A stretch of DNA of 64,000 nucleotides from an uncultured bacterium (GTDB taxonomy: Bacteria > Acidobacteriota > Thermoanaerobaculia > Multivoradales > JAHZIX01), in the NCBI GenBank assembly GCA_965368975.1, contig CBDUPA010000012.1:96001-160000 (forward strand). Reading direction: 5' to 3'. The translations under genes and the position numbers were made by a program. The number at the start of each line of letters is the position of its first letter. Positions within the stretch are counted from its first letter, which is position 1. Below the pieces are notes generated by a model, which was not told the origin of the DNA, did not search any database, and worked only from the letters and a program-made list of their open reading frames with translations. This document shows, in pieces, positions 58,204-64,000 of the stretch.

Positions 58204-59403
58204 ATGAGCCAGTCCGAGGAAACGGCTCTCCGGCCTTCGGAAGTCGATGTAGACCTTCTGTTTGCAGAGGCGATCCATCACCGCATATTCGGTCGCGAGG
58301 CAGAGGCGCTTTCCTGTCTTCGACAACTTCTGGATCTCGAGTCGACACACTTGCGCGCTCTCAATGAGCTTGGCTTGGTGCAGCTTGCCAAGGGTGAACT
58401 CGAGGTAGCCGCGGAGTGTTTCGAGAGGATTCTCATCGCGGATCCGAAGGATCCCTATGCGCTCAACTACTTGAGCATGATCTACCTGGAGCAAGGAGAA
58501 CTCGAGGCAGCTCACGAAGGGTTGTTGCGGGGCCTCAAGGTCAATCCACACAACCCCCACCTCCTTACACAGCGAGCCCTTGTTGCCCACAGGATGGGTA
58601 CAACCGACGAGGCTGCAGAGTCGCTCAGGAGAGCTCGCAGGCATCGCAACCTGGGCAATCAGATCGCGCAGCAGGCTCAGACTCTGACTCGCTACATGGC
58701 TCCGGGCATCGTCATCGCCGGACTCTCGCATGAGATCAAGAACGTTCTGGAGAGTACGAACATAGCTCTCGAACTGCTGCGGGATGATCTATCCGACTTG
58801 CTCGCCGACCCGTCAGCCAGAGAGAAGACAGAGCCCCGCCTCGATCGACTCGAAGCCAATATGGAGCGCATCTTCAAGCTGGTGAGGCATTTCCGAGAGG
58901 CGATCGGTGAGGGTCGCTCAGAGCTGCGTGTTCTCCAGGTTTCGGAGCTGGTCAACTTCGCCTTCGAGCTCCTGGGTACCAAGTTCGAGAACTCGGGCAT
59001 CCGGTGGGCAGTTGTCGAAGATCTGCCGGGCGACATGGCTCCGATTCTTGCCAACCGGCTCGAGCTGGAGCAGGTCTTCATCAATCTGATCTCCAACGCC
59101 TACGACGCCCTCCTGGAAGCGGAGACGGAAGAACCGAGCATTCGAGTCGAGATCTCTTCCGAGTCCGATGGCCGCGGGATCTTCGTACGAGTCGCGGACA
59201 ACGGTCCCGGGATTCGTGAGGACATCGCAACCAGGTTGTTCGAGCTGGCTGCGACGAGCAAGCCGTCGGGTACTGGTGTCGGTCTGTGGTTCTGCTCGTT
59301 TGCGGTGGAGCGCGCTGACGGACGGATCGAGTTGGAGTCGACGGGGCCGAAGGGCACCGTCTTCAGAATGTACTTCCCAACCGCAGGAGACCAGGATGAC
59401 TGA
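58204..59403 (+). CDS. Cytoplasmic TPR-sensor histidine kinase
   Basis: N-terminal TPRs; H box GLSHEIKN, N box QVFINLISNAYDA, DNGPGI, GTGVGL; no TM helix. Confidence 0.9.
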   Translation: MSQSEETALRPSEVDVDLLFAEAIHHRIFGREAEALSCLRQLLDLESTHLRALNELGLVQLAKGELEVAAECFERILIADPKDPYALNYLSMIYLEQGELEAAHEGLLRGLKVNPHNPHLLTQRALVAHRMGTTDEAAESLRRARRHRNLGNQIAQQAQTLTRYMAPGIVIAGLSHEIKNVLESTNIALELLRDDLSDLLADPSAREKTEPRLDRLEANMERIFKLVRHFREAIGEGRSELRVLQVSELVNFAFELLGTKFENSGIRWAVVEDLPGDMAPILANRLELEQVFINLISNAYDALLEAETEEPSIRVEISSESDGRGIFVRVADNGPGIREDIATRLFELAATSKPSGTGVGLWFCSFAVERADGRIELESTGPKGTVFRMYFPTAGDQDD

Positions 59404-60631
59404 CCGCAGAGTCTTGATCGTTGAAGACGACCCCGATATTCGTCAGGGGCGAGCAGAGCTTCTCACCCGTAGCGGCTACGAGGTCTCCGCCGCCGGTGGC
59501 GTCGATGAGGCTCTCGCCTTGTTTCGGCAAGCTCCAGTTCCGGTCGTCGTGACGGACCTTCGGATGGACGGGGAGGAGGATGGCCTCGAGGTGGCACGTG
59601 AGATTCGGGCCATCAATCCGGATACCAAAGTCATTATCGTGACGGCTACCGAGCATAACAAGGCGGCCGTGGACGGCTACCGGGTCAACGTCTTCGCCTA
59701 CGTCGAGAAGGGCATGCGCAAGGGGCAGGACTCTCTCCAGCAGGCCATTGATAGGGCCTTCGAAGAGTCTCAGGAGCACAAGGTTCGACGGTACATGCTG
59801 TCCTTCCTGACCCACACGATGAGAAATACCTTCGCGGGTGCGGGACCGGCCCTCGAGGACGTGCTGGAAAGAAGCTCTGTGCTGGCGCAGAGATTGGACA
59901 GTGATCGGCAGGTCTACCAGATGATCTCGGATCTTGCGTTCTTGAAGACAGCCCTGTCCACCGTGGACGCGATGCTCGACGCCTACAAGCTCTTGGTGCG
60001 GGAGCCGGAGAATCTGCGCAGCGCCTGGCAGGCCGATGACGGAACAGACGCGTCGCTGCACGACGTCTTGGATGCCGCACTGGCGGCCAGCTTGAGTCGG
60101 GTCTTCTGCCAGGAAGCGCAGATCTCGACCCTCAAGCGGATCGCCGCAGCCCAGGGAGTGAAGGAACCACGAGTTCTCAAACAGCGTTTCTTCGCGGACC
60201 TTCTCCTGGCTCCAGCTGAGAAGCAAGCTTCGGCAACGAACTGGATCGCGGCCCACATTCCGCAGTTCGTCACCGTACAAGGGCGCCAGCCGAAGGTTGG
60301 GCTCGGTCGCAGTGGCCTGCGCTTCAGCCTGCTCTTCGCCATCGTTTCCGAACTCTGCTTCAACGCATTCAAGTACTCCGACGGGCGCCAGCCGATCCAG
60401 TTCCGTTGGAAGACGAACAAGGGTGCCTACGAGCTGACACTCATCAACACCTTCGACCGCTCCAGGTCGACTCAGATTGGCTCCAAGGAGGGCAGGAATT
60501 TCATCCGAGCCCTGCTGAACTCCTTGGATGGTATCGCCGTGAACTACGACGGAGAGGAGGAGCAGCAAGGCCGTTTCGAAGCGAAGCTGACGGTAGACAA
60601 GACATTCCTGAAGGGAGAGACAGAACCATGA
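59396..60631 (+). CDS. Receiver domain fused to a divergent histidine kinase-like domain
   Basis: VLIVEDD, VTDLRM, VEK; FLTHTMRN (H-box-like), ELCFNAFKYS (N box); G boxes are degenerate. Confidence 0.8.
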   Translation: MTDRRVLIVEDDPDIRQGRAELLTRSGYEVSAAGGVDEALALFRQAPVPVVVTDLRMDGEEDGLEVAREIRAINPDTKVIIVTATEHNKAAVDGYRVNVFAYVEKGMRKGQDSLQQAIDRAFEESQEHKVRRYMLSFLTHTMRNTFAGAGPALEDVLERSSVLAQRLDSDRQVYQMISDLAFLKTALSTVDAMLDAYKLLVREPENLRSAWQADDGTDASLHDVLDAALAASLSRVFCQEAQISTLKRIAAAQGVKEPRVLKQRFFADLLLAPAEKQASATNWIAAHIPQFVTVQGRQPKVGLGRSGLRFSLLFAIVSELCFNAFKYSDGRQPIQFRWKTNKGAYELTLINTFDRSRSTQIGSKEGRNFIRALLNSLDGIAVNYDGEEEQQGRFEAKLTVDKTFLKGETEP

Positions 60632-62046
60632 AGATTCTCTGGGTAGAAGACGGGGGTGCGAGCCTCCAGCCGAGCAAGGTCGCCAAAGCCATGTTCAGCG
60701 GACTGTTGTCGAAGGGTGCCTTTGACCAATACGACACCGAGGAGGAGTTCCAGACGGAATTGCCTCGCTTGTTCGCTGCCAGCGGTCGTGGCGGGAGCCA
60801 GCACGAGATCGTCGTCTGTCGCTCCTTCGACGACTGGCTCGACGTGAGCGAGGCAGAGGCGCTCGACTTCGATGCAGCGCTGCTCGATATCAACCTGGAA
60901 GGGCAGAAGGTCGCGAAACCACCGATCCAGGTCAGTGACTTCGAGCGTCGAGCGGGTCTCTACATCTACCACCAACTCCGCGAACAGCACGGGATGGCAC
61001 CGGAGCACATCGCCTTCTTCAGCGGCGAAGGGGCGACCATGTCGGTCTTCCAGACGGCTTGTTCCGAGGCGATGCTGAAACCTCCGGCCAACCTCTTCGA
61101 GAAGAAGCAAGGCGACTTCAAGAAGGTGGATGCATGGCTGCGCAGCATCGCCGAGTGCCCCTACCAGCAATTGCGCCGTGCCGTTCTGGATGGCTGCTCG
61201 GAGCTGACGTCCCGGCTGCGTGGCTTCGAGGAGGTTGACCTCGCGGCGCAGTTTGCCCTGTTCCGCCCGGCCAATCCCGCGTTCAGTGAGCATTGGGAAG
61301 CCTACCGGGACGGCATGGAACGGTACTTCCAGCGTCTGCGGCAGGCCCTGCCGATGCAGCGGCCCCTGGACCTCGGACACTACTACCTCAGCCTGGTCCA
61401 GGAGCTGACGCAGCCGTGGCAGGGCGACGGTGACTTGCCACCGGTCTGTGTTCCCGAGCAGGTCTCGACAGCGGACCACTTCTTTGCCCGCAACGCACCT
61501 GGGGTCCTGCGCCTGTGGAATGACTGGGTGACTCGGGATCTGCTCTCCGATGCCCTCGAGACCGAAGATGTTGCCTATCTCGCGCTGCTCACGGCACGCA
61601 GCTGGGGTCCCTGGCGCACCGCCACCCCTCTACCCTTCGAGAGTTCGCTGCTCGATCTGCTGCCGGCTCCTGTCTCGTCCACGAAACTCCGCTCTCGTCT
61701 CACCAAGGAGGTCGAAGAGTGCCTCGCGGAGTCTCTGGAGGTACTGGCACAAGTTCTTCCTCACGGTGAAGACGTGCGAGGTGCCGGAGACTTCATGAGC
61801 GTCTGCGAAGCGGTGACGCGGGCTCTGCAGCAGCTGGAGCCGTCCGAGCTGGCTGACGCCTACGCGCAAGTTCGCTCGAACTCTCTGGTCTTCTTGCACC
61901 AGGCCTTCTGGCATGCACTGACTCCGGCATCGCAAGAGCCCCTGCTCTTTTTCCGAGTTCAAGATTTGACGGCAGGCAGCCTCCTCGAGGAGGTCGGCAG
62001 GCGGATCTATGCCAAGTCGTTTCCCGTCGATCCAGAGACCTCGTAG
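60628..62046 (+). CDS. Atypical receiver-domain protein with an unknown helical C-terminus
   Basis: MKILWVED, LLDINL, FFSG, FEKK receiver-like motifs with insertions; 4-nt overlap. Confidence 0.6.
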   Translation: MKILWVEDGGASLQPSKVAKAMFSGLLSKGAFDQYDTEEEFQTELPRLFAASGRGGSQHEIVVCRSFDDWLDVSEAEALDFDAALLDINLEGQKVAKPPIQVSDFERRAGLYIYHQLREQHGMAPEHIAFFSGEGATMSVFQTACSEAMLKPPANLFEKKQGDFKKVDAWLRSIAECPYQQLRRAVLDGCSELTSRLRGFEEVDLAAQFALFRPANPAFSEHWEAYRDGMERYFQRLRQALPMQRPLDLGHYYLSLVQELTQPWQGDGDLPPVCVPEQVSTADHFFARNAPGVLRLWNDWVTRDLLSDALETEDVAYLALLTARSWGPWRTATPLPFESSLLDLLPAPVSSTKLRSRLTKEVEECLAESLEVLAQVLPHGEDVRGAGDFMSVCEAVTRALQQLEPSELADAYAQVRSNSLVFLHQAFWHALTPASQEPLLFFRVQDLTAGSLLEEVGRRIYAKSFPVDPETS

Positions 62047-62130
62047 TGCCGCCAGAAGCGGACGAAAGAGCAGTAACCCGAGCGCGCCACCTCCCGAGCG
62101 AGGCGCTCTCCCAGGCAGTTGGAGACAGAG

Positions 62131-63462
62131 ATGAGTGAACCAGCAGTTCGAAATAGCGACAACAAAGAAGTCGTCGACGGCACCGTGTATGGGTTGTTCC
62201 CGGAGAGCAGTCGTCGACTCTACGAAGAGTGCATTGCCGACCTCGCCGCAGAGCGGAAGGTGAAGATATCCAGCAGCCTCGATACCAAGGTCACCGACAT
62301 TGCCGAGCAGGTGTGGAAGAAGATCCGCACCGCCGAGGTCGTGATGGCGGACATTACCGGGTTCGACCTGCAAGTGGTGTGCGAGATCGGCATGGCGCGC
62401 GGCCTGAAGGACTCGAAGAAGCTCATCCTCTTGTGCTCTCGGGAGGCCTTCGAGGACCAAGAATCCAAGCTGCCTCTCGACTTGCGCAGCCTGGACATCC
62501 AGCTCTACGACGAGACGAACTTCGTGCAGCTTCGCCAGAATCTCGCCGCGTCGCTGAACGACTCGTTGAAGAATCGCGCACCGGTGGAACCGATCGAGGA
62601 TCTCAACATCCGGCAGCTGGTGCAGCGGGCGATCAAGAACATCCAGGGCAGAGACTTCATCACCGCGGAGGTGCTGTTCCGAAGGGCTGACGAGAAGTTG
62701 CCCGATCACTGGTATATCCACCTGCAGTGGGGTGTCATGCTGCGTGAGAAGGGAGATCTGACCGAGGCCCGTGACTACTTTGGCAAGGCGGAACAGCAAG
62801 CAGAGTTCGACGAGAACCGCGCCGAAGTCTATATCGAGCAGGCCATCTTGGAGTTCCGAGACAAGGAGGCTTCGCGGGCCGAAGGGCTGTTCGAACGTGC
62901 CCGCAGTATCGACAAGAAGAACCGCAGGTTGTACATCGTGTGGGCGGACATCATGGACCAGCTAGGGGTGCCGGTGAAGGCGCTCGGCTGTGTTGCCGCG
63001 CTGATGGAAGCTGTCGGGACAGATGACGAGACCACGCTGCTGACACAGTACTACTCGAATCGCCTGGCCAACCCGGCCTTTACCATGAGCCTGGAGGAGT
63101 TCAAGAAGCAGCGGCAGGTCGTGGAAACGCGCAGTCCGCGTCGTGATCCCCCCCCGGCTCGACCTGAAGGACGACCAGCACGCCCACCTTCAGGCCCCCG
63201 GAAGTCGATCCCCAACAAGATCTCCTGGACGGAGTTCAAGAGAGACTTCACCGGCGCCCGAGTCGAGGGTGTCGTCAAGAACGCACATCCGGGATTCGGG
63301 GTCTTCGTCTATCTTGGGGACTTCAAGGGCTTGATTCACAAGCAGCATCTCGGTGATGGCTTTGCGAGTGAGTACAACCAGGGCGACAGGGTGACGGTCT
63401 GGATCAGGAGCTGCTACCTTCTGCCCGATCAGAAGCAGGCGATCGAACTCGTACCGGCTTGA
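62131..63462 (+). CDS. Nucleoside 2-deoxyribosyltransferase-like domain + TPR + S1 domain protein
   Basis: IRTAEVVMADITG...VVCEIGMARGL...LPLDL; central TPRs; C-terminal VEGVVKN..PGFGVFVYLGDFKGLIH...GDRVTV (S1/OB fold). Confidence 0.7.
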   Translation: MSEPAVRNSDNKEVVDGTVYGLFPESSRRLYEECIADLAAERKVKISSSLDTKVTDIAEQVWKKIRTAEVVMADITGFDLQVVCEIGMARGLKDSKKLILLCSREAFEDQESKLPLDLRSLDIQLYDETNFVQLRQNLAASLNDSLKNRAPVEPIEDLNIRQLVQRAIKNIQGRDFITAEVLFRRADEKLPDHWYIHLQWGVMLREKGDLTEARDYFGKAEQQAEFDENRAEVYIEQAILEFRDKEASRAEGLFERARSIDKKNRRLYIVWADIMDQLGVPVKALGCVAALMEAVGTDDETTLLTQYYSNRLANPAFTMSLEEFKKQRQVVETRSPRRDPPPARPEGRPARPPSGPRKSIPNKISWTEFKRDFTGARVEGVVKNAHPGFGVFVYLGDFKGLIHKQHLGDGFASEYNQGDRVTVWIRSCYLLPDQKQAIELVPA

Positions 63463-63522
63463 ACTGGGAGCCTCGAGTTCCACTGGGCAATGCTGACGTC
63501 CGGTGGAACTCGGGGAGTGCCG

Positions 63523-64000
63523 ATGACCACTCGATACCTCGAAATCTCGTTCACGCCTACACCAGGCATGCCAGATGGACCCAGCATCTACAGCGTGACG
63601 GCTCGAGATTCTCAGGACCGCCTCGCCACCGAACGGGTCGTGGTGAACCTCGAAGAGCTAGTCCGTCGAGAAGAGCAGCTTCATCTGGCCAGCAAAGGCA
63701 CCAAAGCTGGGACCCGCCAGCTGGAGGAGCTGACCGAGGAGCTTGGGCAAGGGCTCTTCGATGCCTTCTTCGCCCGTACCGTCCGAGACCTCCTGTTCTT
63801 CGCTTTCGGTGCTGTGAACCCGGATCAGACGTCACTTCAGGTGCGCCTCCGCTTCTGTGACCAAGTGTCCGAGCTGGCAGCTCTCTCCTGGGAGTATCTC
63901 TACTGGCCTGCCGGTCACCGCTTCTGGGCGCTCACCGATGGCCTTTCGATCGTCAGATGTCTGGACCTGCCGGATGATGGCGGTTCACTTCGCAGGGAGT
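63523..64000 (+). CDS. CHAT (caspase-like) domain protein, truncated by the window end
   Basis: Own translation: MTTRYLEISF...LGQGLFDAFF...VRLRF...ELAALSWEYLY...ALTDGLSIVR; GGGGAG RBS; catalytic His/Cys not within the window. Confidence 0.72.
   Translation, partial: MTTRYLEISFTPTPGMPDGPSIYSVTARDSQDRLATERVVVNLEELVRREEQLHLASKGTKAGTRQLEELTEELGQGLFDAFFARTVRDLLFFAFGAVNPDQTSLQVRLRFCDQVSELAALSWEYLYWPAGHRFWALTDGLSIVRCLDLPDDGGSLRRE

Overview
GC-rich bacterial window. Gene content (SpoIVB-S55/beta-propeller/coaD, TIGR02300, SecF with an insertion, expanded TPR-like proteins) suggests Acidobacteriota, possibly Thermoanaerobaculia; this is an inference. Bases 1-20.8 kb are mostly housekeeping (tsaC, coaD, dusA, folK, lolA-like, tgt-yajC-secD-secF), interrupted by a REP-doublet-flanked glycosyltransferase-like gene and by a cassette of two TPR-like proteins, a degenerate PCD/DCoH-like protein and an unannotated 32-aa peptide with a duplicated RGSLIDPIG motif. 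From 20.8 kb the window is accessory: (i) a compact RiPP locus with a Cys/Ser/Thr-rich 40-aa precursor and a split LanB dehydratase, but no LanC, YcaO or transporter in the window; (ii) a four-gene operon of vWA, tubulin/FtsZ-like GTPase, degenerate tubulin-like protein and a membrane-anchored degenerate YprA-like helicase; (iii) a convergent DISARM-related defence operon (SNF2, adenine MTase, DUF1998 helicase, RelE-like/UvrD); (iv) a cytoplasmic phosphorelay followed by an NDT-TPR-S1 protein and a truncated CHAT protein. No rRNA, tRNA, CRISPR array, integrase or transposase was recognised. All family calls come from motif recognition by eye, not from database searches.
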